Positions 55,162 to 63,387 of a stretch of DNA of 64,000 nucleotides are shown here, one piece after another (the first letter of the stretch is position 1; every line of letters starts with the position of its first letter). The DNA is taken from the IMG/VR virus record IMGVR_UViG_3300024054_000008, positions 32,001 to 96,000 of that record, one strand, 5' to 3'. The notes under the pieces were generated by a model that was not told the origin of the DNA, did no database searches, and saw only the letters and a list, made by a program, of their open reading frames with translations. Source of the stretch: a virus. The position numbers were made by a program, and so were the translations under genes.

Positions 55162-56145
55162 TTATTGAATAGTTGAAGCGTATTTCTGATTATTTTCAAC
55201 AATCTGCTCTGGCTTCTGTTTAAACAAAATAGCTTGTGCATTTTTATCAAGGATTGAAACTTTGTATCTGGAAATTAAAGTGACAGCAAATCCGACTCTA
55301 GATCGTGACTCAGTCTGGTTATCTTTACACGACCCGGTAGCATACGCACTAAGACGATCCAAAGTATCCTGCTTTCTGCAGGCACTAAATGACCTACGCA
55401 TTGCGTTTAACCCGGCTGTAAAACATTTTGTACGGTCTTGCACAAGATCTTGACCAGACCAACCCTCTGGGGTCTTACCATTACCAATGTGCATTTGCAT
55501 TAAACACCAACTTTTGCCTTTATCGCCCCTAGCAAATTTTCCTAAACCGTAGTCTATGTCACGTCTAAAACCAGATTCAAAAAAAGCCACAGATATCATC
55601 AACATGGCCGTCCTGGCTCTTCCATATTTGCCATTGAAAATTGGTTTAGAGTTTGGATTATAAACAACTTTTGCAAGATCAAGAGCTATAGACTCATACC
55701 TGTCTTTAGCATCTTCTTTGCTTTCTTTTGCATGTTCATAATACGAAACCATCCCCGGGGTCCTTAATTTAGTAAGAACTTGATAAATCCAAAAATACGA
55801 TTCTTTAAATTTAAGTTCAGCAAGGTATTTATTTGCTTCGTCTTTGTGTAATGAAGATGCTCTCTCATCTGTAGACGCTAAGAAAACGTCAAAGTTTTTT
55901 GTTGCAGATTCATTGTCTTTAAACATAAAATAAGCGACTGCCATGTTATATCTGACAATCGCTTTATCTTCTAATTCTAAAGACCGTTTGTAGTTGTCTA
56001 TTGCAGTTTGCCAATTTTTTGCAGAAGCCGCCGATTGTCCATCTTTAAAATAAGACTCAGCGTTCGTTTTAGAATCTTGTGCATGAGAATTGTTAAACAA
56101 AAGCAAAATTGCAATTGCAACAAAAAACTTTAATTGTGACTTCAT
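55162..56145 (-). CDS. Secreted TPR + lysozyme-like / lytic transglycosylase protein
   Basis: Sec-type signal MKSQLKFFVAIAILLLFNNSHA, two TPR-like helices, catalytic-like AFFESGF and CLMQ motifs. Confidence 0.7.
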   Translation of the reverse strand: MKSQLKFFVAIAILLLFNNSHAQDSKTNAESYFKDGQSAASAKNWQTAIDNYKRSLELEDKAIVRYNMAVAYFMFKDNESATKNFDVFLASTDERASSLHKDEANKYLAELKFKESYFWIYQVLTKLRTPGMVSYYEHAKESKEDAKDRYESIALDLAKVVYNPNSKPIFNGKYGRARTAMLMISVAFFESGFRRDIDYGLGKFARGDKGKSWCLMQMHIGNGKTPEGWSGQDLVQDRTKCFTAGLNAMRRSFSACRKQDTLDRLSAYATGSCKDNQTESRSRVGFAVTLISRYKVSILDKNAQAILFKQKPEQIVENNQKYASTIQ

Positions 56146-56174
56146 GTCATTACCTCGTTCAAGCCGAATAGCTA

Positions 56175-56198
56175 AGCACTTGCACCAAATTTTGTCAA
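56175..56198 (-). promoter_or_regulatory. Possible sigma70-type promoter upstream of the TPR-transglycosylase gene
   Basis: TTGACAAAAT (same as at 55133), with an imperfect -10 (TTAGCT) at 17 nt. Confidence 0.35.
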
Positions 56199-56210
56199 AT
56201 CAAAATTATT

Positions 56211-56474
56211 TTATTTCTTAAATGGAGAAAGCTCTAAATACTGAATAAAACCATTTAAACTTGATTGCACTGAAATGTGTTTGTATTTCTTTTTTGTAAC
56301 AACATACTCACCTTGAACAATCCTTTTCTTGTTCAAATGTTTTGGATGGCGCAAATTAGCATCAATTTCTACAACATCACCTTCATTCAATAATGGCCAA
56401 TCTGAAACTCGAAGTTCATAATGTCTAGGAACATCAGTAAAAATAATAATTGTTTTAAAGTATGGTGAAATCAT
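56211..56474 (-). CDS. Small hypothetical protein
   Basis: 87 aa, beta-strand pattern. Confidence 0.55.
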   Translation of the reverse strand: MISPYFKTIIIFTDVPRHYELRVSDWPLLNEGDVVEIDANLRHPKHLNKKRIVQGEYVVTKKKYKHISVQSSLNGFIQYLELSPFKK

Positions 56475-56475
56475 T

Positions 56476-57195
56476 GTGAAATACTACAGTACACTAAACA
56501 AAAAAGAAAAATTTTTGTTGGAAGAAAAATTAGAAGAAATTCTAAACAAAAGATTCGGAAAATCAAAAGAAAATGAACAATTGAAACAAATTTTGTCAAA
56601 AATGATAGAAAAAAAGTCAATACCGGTTGAATTAATAGAAAAAATACCGAAGAAGCCGGAAGAAGCAGGAAGAACAAAATTCGATCAAATTTATGAAGCA
56701 GCAATAGAATTGGCTTTTCCAAGTTATGGCAAAAACACGTTATCAAATTTAACAAAAATAAACGACAACAAAATAAAGATATGGAGGATAGTAGCACCGA
56801 ACAAATACAAAATACCACACGTTTTGATCAGAGCAGAATCAATACAAGAAGCGTTTGCTTTAGCATGCGATTACGTTTGTAGAGCTTCTCTACGTTTATT
56901 AGGTGAAATACCAGCGGATTTACAAATAAGAGTAATATTTATGTCTGAAAAAGCTGTTAGAAGATATTTGGGCATAAAATGGGCAAATAGATTGAATAAA
57001 AGAAAAAAATTGAATTTGATGGAACGTGAATTCTCAAATGATGAAATACAAAAAGCGACTGAAGTTGCTTTGAATGGACCAAAAGACGAAACTTATAGGA
57101 TAGTAAAATATATGGAAGAAAAAGATTTATTAAAAATAAAGAAAACATTTAACAGAATAAGAATTTCACCAATAGAAAAAAAATCAACAAAATAA
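56476..57195 (+). CDS. Basic hypothetical protein upstream of purZ
   Basis: 239 aa, co-oriented 36 nt before purZ; no HD or MazG motif recognised. Confidence 0.65.
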   Translation: MKYYSTLNKKEKFLLEEKLEEILNKRFGKSKENEQLKQILSKMIEKKSIPVELIEKIPKKPEEAGRTKFDQIYEAAIELAFPSYGKNTLSNLTKINDNKIKIWRIVAPNKYKIPHVLIRAESIQEAFALACDYVCRASLRLLGEIPADLQIRVIFMSEKAVRRYLGIKWANRLNKRKKLNLMEREFSNDEIQKATEVALNGPKDETYRIVKYMEEKDLLKIKKTFNRIRISPIEKKSTK

Positions 57196-57231
57196 TCAAA
57201 CTTCAGATGTATTGTTTCGTACGAGGAACCA

Positions 57232-58431
57232 ATGATAAAAGGCAGATTTAACGTATTGTTGGACCAAGCTTGGGGTTCGAGCGGGAAAGGCTTGATGTCA
57301 ACATGGCTTGCAGATCACTTTAACATCAACCACGTATCTTCAGCTAATCATCCCAATGCCGGACACTCGGCAATAATTGATGACATAAAATTCGTTGCTA
57401 AGGCCATACCAACAGCCGCAATTTTAAAAAAAGCAAAAGGCGTTGATATAAAGTGTTTCATATCACCAGGTTCTGGTTTCACTTGGAAACAGTTGTGTAA
57501 AGAATGGATTGAAACAGAAAAACCAGAAATTTTCATACACTCTCGTGCATCAATTGTGACCGAAGAACACGCAAAGCGCGAACGTGAAGGTGCAGAATCA
57601 ACAAAGCATATTGCATCAACAATGCAGGGCACAGCAACGGCAATAGCAGACAAAATTTTAAGAAAAAAAGATGTTAAATTGGCAGGAACATTGCCTTTAA
57701 ATGAATTTATCGAACACGAATTTAAATCAAATTCAGAATTCAAAATTTTCAGCGCTTATCTTGATGAATTTTACGAAAAAGTTCGTATAATTGACGCGAT
57801 GGAATTCAGAAATTTGACTCATTCAATAATCAAATCAGGAAATCAATGGTTACACGAAGGAAGCCAAGGATACGCTTTATCAATTGATCACGGATCTCAC
57901 TATCCACAATCAACATCAAGAAACTGTTCATTGCAAGCAGCAATGGACTACATGGCTATACCGCCCCAAATGGTTGGAGATGTTTATTTGAATTTAAGAT
58001 CATTTCCGATAAGGGTAGGAAATGTTATAGAGGATGGGGTTCAAAAAGGATACTCTGGTGATTTCTATCCAGATTCAAAAGAATTAACCTGGGAAGAGGT
58101 CGGAAAAAACGCTGGCATGCCAGAAGAAGAAATACAAAAATTAAGAGAACGCGAGTTGACAACAGTTACAAAAAGACTTAGAAGAGTTGCTACATTTAGT
58201 TGGATCGGACTTCGAGATGCTGTTCAAACAAACGGAGTGACTAAGATCTGTGTGAATTTTATCCAATACATAAATTGGAAAGATGCTGGTCTAAAAGGCG
58301 GAAAAGAAGCGTTCGATCGACTTTCAAGTGAAAGTCGGTCTTTTATTTCAAAAGTCGAAGAAGTTTCTGATTTACCAGTCGTTCTTGTTGGAACTGGACC
58401 GCGACACGAAGACATCATTTCTATCTTGTAA
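57232..58431 (+). CDS. purZ: PurZ-type N6-succino-2-amino-2'-deoxyadenylate synthetase (adenylosuccinate synthetase paralog)
   Basis: WGSSGKG (Ser in place of PurA Asp in GDEGKG), PNAGH, IASTMQG, EGSQG, TSRN, FPIRVGN, TTVTKRLRR, NFIQY, GTGP. Confidence 0.8.
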   Translation: MIKGRFNVLLDQAWGSSGKGLMSTWLADHFNINHVSSANHPNAGHSAIIDDIKFVAKAIPTAAILKKAKGVDIKCFISPGSGFTWKQLCKEWIETEKPEIFIHSRASIVTEEHAKREREGAESTKHIASTMQGTATAIADKILRKKDVKLAGTLPLNEFIEHEFKSNSEFKIFSAYLDEFYEKVRIIDAMEFRNLTHSIIKSGNQWLHEGSQGYALSIDHGSHYPQSTSRNCSLQAAMDYMAIPPQMVGDVYLNLRSFPIRVGNVIEDGVQKGYSGDFYPDSKELTWEEVGKNAGMPEEEIQKLRERELTTVTKRLRRVATFSWIGLRDAVQTNGVTKICVNFIQYINWKDAGLKGGKEAFDRLSSESRSFISKVEEVSDLPVVLVGTGPRHEDIISIL

Positions 58432-59863
58432 ACAGAAACTTTAGTTTCTCTTTCCCAAAAACTTTCTTGTAGTTATGTTTTTCAGCATAACTACTTTCTT
58501 TCATCTTGCACGACCTTGCATGGTTATATAATGTCTTCTTGTGCATCATCCATCCATTAGAATCAACATAAACATAGTCAGGTTTAACAGTTGAAACTAG
58601 AACCCAATTGGCGGCTTTGTATATTGTACCAACATGCCCATACGTTGTGTCAGCAAATGAAACAACGGCTTTTACATTTTTGAATTCATTCAAAAACATT
58701 TTGGTACATCTAGACAAAAACCAAGTTGCAAAATTTTTCTTATGACGATTTGGGCTGATGCAAAAACGGTCAAGTTCGAAAATTTCTTTGGTTGTATATC
58801 CAGAAGATAATGCAGTTTCCTTCCTAGAAAGCGGAGAAAACTTGCAAACAGCTATTAATTCACTTTCTAAATATGCACCAATCACAAATTTTGGCTTTTT
58901 GCCTTCTTGAGCATAATGCCACGTCCTTAAAAAGATCTCCGAATCCGATATTTGACAGATTCTAACTTTAACAGACCTGATATCGAAATCATCTAAACAC
59001 TGGATTGATAATTTTAACTGATTTTTTAGTTTTTCAGCAACCTTTCCAGTCGACAATAATTCATTCTCCCAGATATAGATTAGTTTAGAATTTGGAAAAG
59101 ATTTCATTAAATAAGACAGCTTGGCTTTATCTCTCTTAGAGTTATGCGGGAGGTTATGCCAATATTCACCTTGAACATCGATAAATGCGTCATGTTTTGG
59201 TAAATAAAAATCAAAATTATACGGACCAACTGCCCTTTCCGATTCATATTCTATATTGAGATTGTTCAAAATGTTAGCAAATATTTTCTCAGGTCTAGAA
59301 CGATTTCCAGATGAATAAAATTTTTCAATACCCTTTGCAATTTTGATTTTATATTCATCATTTTTAAATCTGTTTTTTGCAAGCTCTCTGTGCAAATCTT
59401 TGTATTTTTGTTTATTTACAGCTTTTTTGTGATTCTTTCTAGCCTTCTCTGTGTGCAATGCGTATACTTTCTCTCTCAAATACTTACCGGGGTCAATTTT
59501 GTATTCACTTTTGTTTCGTTCAGAAACTAATTTTTTATGTTCTTCAGATTTAAATAATTTGTTGATTCTATCAATTTGACATTTTCGGTACGATTTGTTC
59601 TTCCACGCCTGTTTTGACTGCTTAGACCTTTGCAATTTTGCTTCGTCGGTATTAAATGTGCACTTCATACATGAATAAATGCCATTTTTCTTTTTGTTTT
59701 GTAAATAATTATAATAGGTAACTATTGATTCTCTATCACATAACTCACATTTCGCCCAAGTTTTTCTTTTTTGTTTGCTAGACCCGAACCAAATTGTCGG
59801 TGGAATTTTATATCCAAAATCATCTAAATTTTTATTTTCAAGTAACACATACAATCGTAACAC
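58421..59863 (-). CDS. Zn-ribbon + Vsr/DUF559-like endonuclease + Mom-like GNAT fusion (copy C)
   Basis: SRPE...FDFY...DVQGEYWH; FLRTWHY...ELDRFC...KKNFATWFLS...SFAD...GHVGTIYKAANW. Confidence 0.85.
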   Translation of the reverse strand: MLRLYVLLENKNLDDFGYKIPPTIWFGSSKQKRKTWAKCELCDRESIVTYYNYLQNKKKNGIYSCMKCTFNTDEAKLQRSKQSKQAWKNKSYRKCQIDRINKLFKSEEHKKLVSERNKSEYKIDPGKYLREKVYALHTEKARKNHKKAVNKQKYKDLHRELAKNRFKNDEYKIKIAKGIEKFYSSGNRSRPEKIFANILNNLNIEYESERAVGPYNFDFYLPKHDAFIDVQGEYWHNLPHNSKRDKAKLSYLMKSFPNSKLIYIWENELLSTGKVAEKLKNQLKLSIQCLDDFDIRSVKVRICQISDSEIFLRTWHYAQEGKKPKFVIGAYLESELIAVCKFSPLSRKETALSSGYTTKEIFELDRFCISPNRHKKNFATWFLSRCTKMFLNEFKNVKAVVSFADTTYGHVGTIYKAANWVLVSTVKPDYVYVDSNGWMMHKKTLYNHARSCKMKESSYAEKHNYKKVFGKEKLKFLFTR

Positions 59864-59884
59864 GAAGATCGAAAAGAATCAATT

Positions 59885-62530
59885 CTATGCAAAAGCAATA
59901 ACATTAGCTATCAATTCTATGTTAGATGAAGTTTTTGTTTCTTTGCCTTTCTCATTCTGAAGACGGAATTTGACCGTAGCTCGTACACGTGAACTTCTGT
60001 CTCTTAACATTTTTTCAAGATGTTCATATGGAATTCGTTTTGAAACCGCCCATCTAACACCAGGGTTCGGGTCTTTTAACATTTCTTCAAGATGTGACGG
60101 GTCTATTCTTTCAGCCACGATCCGTCTAATATTTGAATCTGAATCATCAATTAATTTTGGTAAATGCGATTCATCAATATTTCTAGCAACAGCCATTCTC
60201 ACGCCATGTTTATTACTATCAATGTGTTTCAAGAGAAAATCTTGGTCAACCTTCTTAAATATTTTATTTACCACGTCAGCATACCATTTTGAGAAATCAA
60301 GCTTTTCAAAAACATCAGGATAGAATTTTTTATCAATTTTACCGAGTATAAGACCTAAAACCGTATTTTTTTCATCAAACAACTCAATTTTTTCAAGAAC
60401 CTTATGCGCGTATTCTTTAGGAAGAAGCCTGACAACCTGTTGTTCAACTCCATAACCTAGTTTAGGAGCTTCTGCTTTACCATCAAAATATCGCATTAAT
60501 TCATGCAGTTTAATAACAACAGAAGCATGCCTTTTAACATGCTCAATGCCATCATCTTCAAGATTCGGAAAATTTTCTAATTTAGCACGTTCTTCGTTAC
60601 TACCGATCCATGCGATTACATCATTTGGATCATCAGATTTATCAAACCCAGTTTCATCGTACTTTCCACCATAGTTCATCATAACGCTGTTAGCAAGTAA
60701 TCTGATCTGTTCATTTTCGTCGTTAAGAAAACGTTGCACAAATTCGCGCGTTTCTTTTCTGCCGGAACTTGAGAAACTGTGAACTCCAGGCAAGCCTTTT
60801 CTTTTTATATATTCAAGAACAAAACATTTTTTGTCCACATCACTACTTTTAGAAAATTCATCTAACTGTTCTCTACTTACACTACGATTTATAATTATTG
60901 CTTTTCTAACAAATTTAGAACTATCAGATAATGGCTTTAATTTTTCAGGAACTGAAGAATTTGATTGAATACTTGCTCTAACTTTTTCATTCGGATGATT
61001 TATCAATTTATTCAATAACTTGTCATCAATTTCCTTTAAATTAACTTTTGCAACTTCTGCCACAACTTCATCATCTGGGTCATTTAACAATTCAATAACA
61101 GCTTTTTTGTACAAGCCACTATGTTGCCCACGTAGCCAACGTTTCAATCCTTCAGCAAAAGCTTTTCTAACATCAACATCTGGATCTTTTAATAAATTCC
61201 AAATCAAATTAAAATTTACTTCATCAGGTTTACTAAACAAATTTATCAAAATTGATTTTCTAATATTTGGATTTTCACTATTTGAGTATTCTTTTATTTG
61301 TTCTTCGTTTAATGTTGCCCTTTCAATAACAATATGTTCATTAGCATCACTTAATTCTTTACGAAATTTTGGGTCACTTATTCTATTTATCAAATCAATT
61401 GCAGGTTTTGACCAACCAACTCCATGATAATTACCAGCAAAAAATTCTGGATTGCGTTCAAGATAAAACCTTATTAATTCGTCAAATTGCGGACCATCGT
61501 TCATTAAATCAAAATTTACAGGATAATTTTTCTTGCTTAGATCAATAAGAATGTCATCTAATTCCGGTGACTTAGAACAAATTTTGTTAGTCATATGATA
61601 AACGAGACTGTCAGATAAATCTCCTTTCAGTACTCTATCTAATATTGGTTTATCAAGTTCTTCTTTTGGTTCTATATAAGGTATAATTGGTGACAACCCT
61701 TCATCATCTAAAGACATAAAATAGTGTCTGGCATCACTAGGTGAAATCGTCCCTTTCTTAAGCGAAACTATAGGACCATCTGGAGCATTTGGCGCATCTT
61801 CTAAAACAATTTGGTTGATATGACTAAATTCTGGTATTCCAGGTATGGACTGTCTAGTTATAACTTTATCTCTAGCATTGAAAATTGTGACACGCTCAAC
61901 TTCGTTATCAATACCTCTACGAACGTCCCAAGCAATTTTTGAAAACTCTTTTGGAGTTTTAACATCGCGAAAATCAACGTTTTCTTTCTGACCTTCTTCT
62001 TCAGCTCGTTTGTCTATCAAAAAATAAAAAACACTATTGCCACCCTTATATGATTCCCAGTAATGATGGGCTCTCATTGTTATGCACCATTTGGTGCCTT
62101 TACCATATTGTATACACGCATCACGGGTATCAATTCTAAATAAAACGTGCGTATCACTTTCCCAAAGTTTAGTAGCACCTTCGGATTTGATACGTTCTTT
62201 CTGTTTAGTTTTGGACTCAGGCAAATCTTTAATAGTGTTTTCAAGTTCCTTCAATGATTTATATTGATTAATATCTTTCTTATCTAATCTCTGTTGATTT
62301 TTATGAAATGCCTCAACAGTTGGGATGAGATCTTCTAATTTTGCTTTTTGTTTTAATTGTTTAACAGACCATTCTAAATATTTACCCTTTTTAGATGGAT
62401 CTGATTCAGACAATTGTTTGATTTCATCTTCTAAATCAGGGTTAGCTGATATCAAATCATCAACTTTTGCAGCAACAAGAATGCGAAAAGCTATTTTTGA
62501 TAATCTATACGGATACAACAAAAATAACAT
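59885..62530 (-). CDS. Large protein with a YGxGTKWCI domain and C-terminal HEAT/ARM-like repeats
   Basis: 881 aa; repeats LLKDPDVDVR, LLNDPDDEVV, LINHPNEKVR, LIDDSDSNIR, MLKDPNPGVR, MLRDRSSRVR. Confidence 0.8.
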   Translation of the reverse strand: MLFLLYPYRLSKIAFRILVAAKVDDLISANPDLEDEIKQLSESDPSKKGKYLEWSVKQLKQKAKLEDLIPTVEAFHKNQQRLDKKDINQYKSLKELENTIKDLPESKTKQKERIKSEGATKLWESDTHVLFRIDTRDACIQYGKGTKWCITMRAHHYWESYKGGNSVFYFLIDKRAEEEGQKENVDFRDVKTPKEFSKIAWDVRRGIDNEVERVTIFNARDKVITRQSIPGIPEFSHINQIVLEDAPNAPDGPIVSLKKGTISPSDARHYFMSLDDEGLSPIIPYIEPKEELDKPILDRVLKGDLSDSLVYHMTNKICSKSPELDDILIDLSKKNYPVNFDLMNDGPQFDELIRFYLERNPEFFAGNYHGVGWSKPAIDLINRISDPKFRKELSDANEHIVIERATLNEEQIKEYSNSENPNIRKSILINLFSKPDEVNFNLIWNLLKDPDVDVRKAFAEGLKRWLRGQHSGLYKKAVIELLNDPDDEVVAEVAKVNLKEIDDKLLNKLINHPNEKVRASIQSNSSVPEKLKPLSDSSKFVRKAIIINRSVSREQLDEFSKSSDVDKKCFVLEYIKRKGLPGVHSFSSSGRKETREFVQRFLNDENEQIRLLANSVMMNYGGKYDETGFDKSDDPNDVIAWIGSNEERAKLENFPNLEDDGIEHVKRHASVVIKLHELMRYFDGKAEAPKLGYGVEQQVVRLLPKEYAHKVLEKIELFDEKNTVLGLILGKIDKKFYPDVFEKLDFSKWYADVVNKIFKKVDQDFLLKHIDSNKHGVRMAVARNIDESHLPKLIDDSDSNIRRIVAERIDPSHLEEMLKDPNPGVRWAVSKRIPYEHLEKMLRDRSSRVRATVKFRLQNEKGKETKTSSNIELIANVIAFA

Positions 62531-62576
62531 GCTAATAGTTATTTGTCATAAAAAACTAAAGTAATGTAATAAATTA

Positions 62577-62801
62577 ATGAACAAGCCGCGCGTTTTTGAA
62601 AACGGGTCAGTTACAATTGTTTCGAACGATAAAGATATAAGATTATACGTTGGGGTACATGAAATAAAAAAATTTTCAAAAATTGAATTAATTCATGATA
62701 AACTAAATAAATTAATAATATCTATTGATGGCAAATCAATTGAATCTGAAGAATCAGAAAGAATTCTATCGACATTAACTTGGGTAACAATCAAGGAATA
62801 A
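62577..62801 (+). CDS. Small hypothetical protein
   Basis: 74 aa protein-like ORF. Confidence 0.55.
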   Translation: MNKPRVFENGSVTIVSNDKDIRLYVGVHEIKKFSKIELIHDKLNKLIISIDGKSIESEESERILSTLTWVTIKE

Positions 62802-63387
62802 TTTCAATCTTAGTCTTCTTTATCTCTTGATCCAAATTCTTTTTTCGTTTTAGATGGATGCCAATTTGTTCGGGGTTGTCCAACATATATTTATAACAGG
62901 ATTCGAAATAACCAACAACTGGGTTCAATGCGTCCTTTATCATTAATTCTTCCAAAATTAATTTACCGCTAGATGCATCAGAAAACAACCATTCTTCAGT
63001 AATTGGTGTGTCATTATTAATTTGACTCCAAACATTCCCATACGGAAGCATAACTAATGTATACTCGGTTTTTTTCAAATGCGGGGTAGGCTCAGTAACA
63101 AAATCTTCACGCCGCTTAATTGAAAAAAATACTCCATCGGGTAAATCAATACCTAACATTGATGTGGTCACCCATCTTTTAATACTCATAAGTTTTACCT
63201 CGGGGGTCTTCAAATGTAATTTTTTCCTAAGAGGAAGGCTACAATTATATAAAGCTGATGGTGATAATTTGACTACCCAAGGCCTAAAGTCACTAGGAAC
63301 TGTAGGAAATGTGTGTAATGATTCAATATATAATATTCCTATTTTATTAACTTTTTCCTGTATTAATTTTAGTTGATCAGAATCCAT
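62791..63387 (-). CDS. Hypothetical protein
   Basis: Start at MDSDQLKL (63387) preferred; the longer 63573 start is antisense to the next gene. Confidence 0.6.
   Translation of the reverse strand: MDSDQLKLIQEKVNKIGILYIESLHTFPTVPSDFRPWVVKLSPSALYNCSLPLRKKLHLKTPEVKLMSIKRWVTTSMLGIDLPDGVFFSIKRREDFVTEPTPHLKKTEYTLVMLPYGNVWSQINNDTPITEEWLFSDASSGKLILEELMIKDALNPVVGYFESCYKYMLDNPEQIGIHLKRKKNLDQEIKKTKIEIIP

Noticed and set aside
57232-58431. Ordinary adenylosuccinate synthetase PurA
   Set aside because: The catalytic Asp of GDEGKG is Ser and the GTP-specificity motif is replaced by NFxxY; PurZ fits better.
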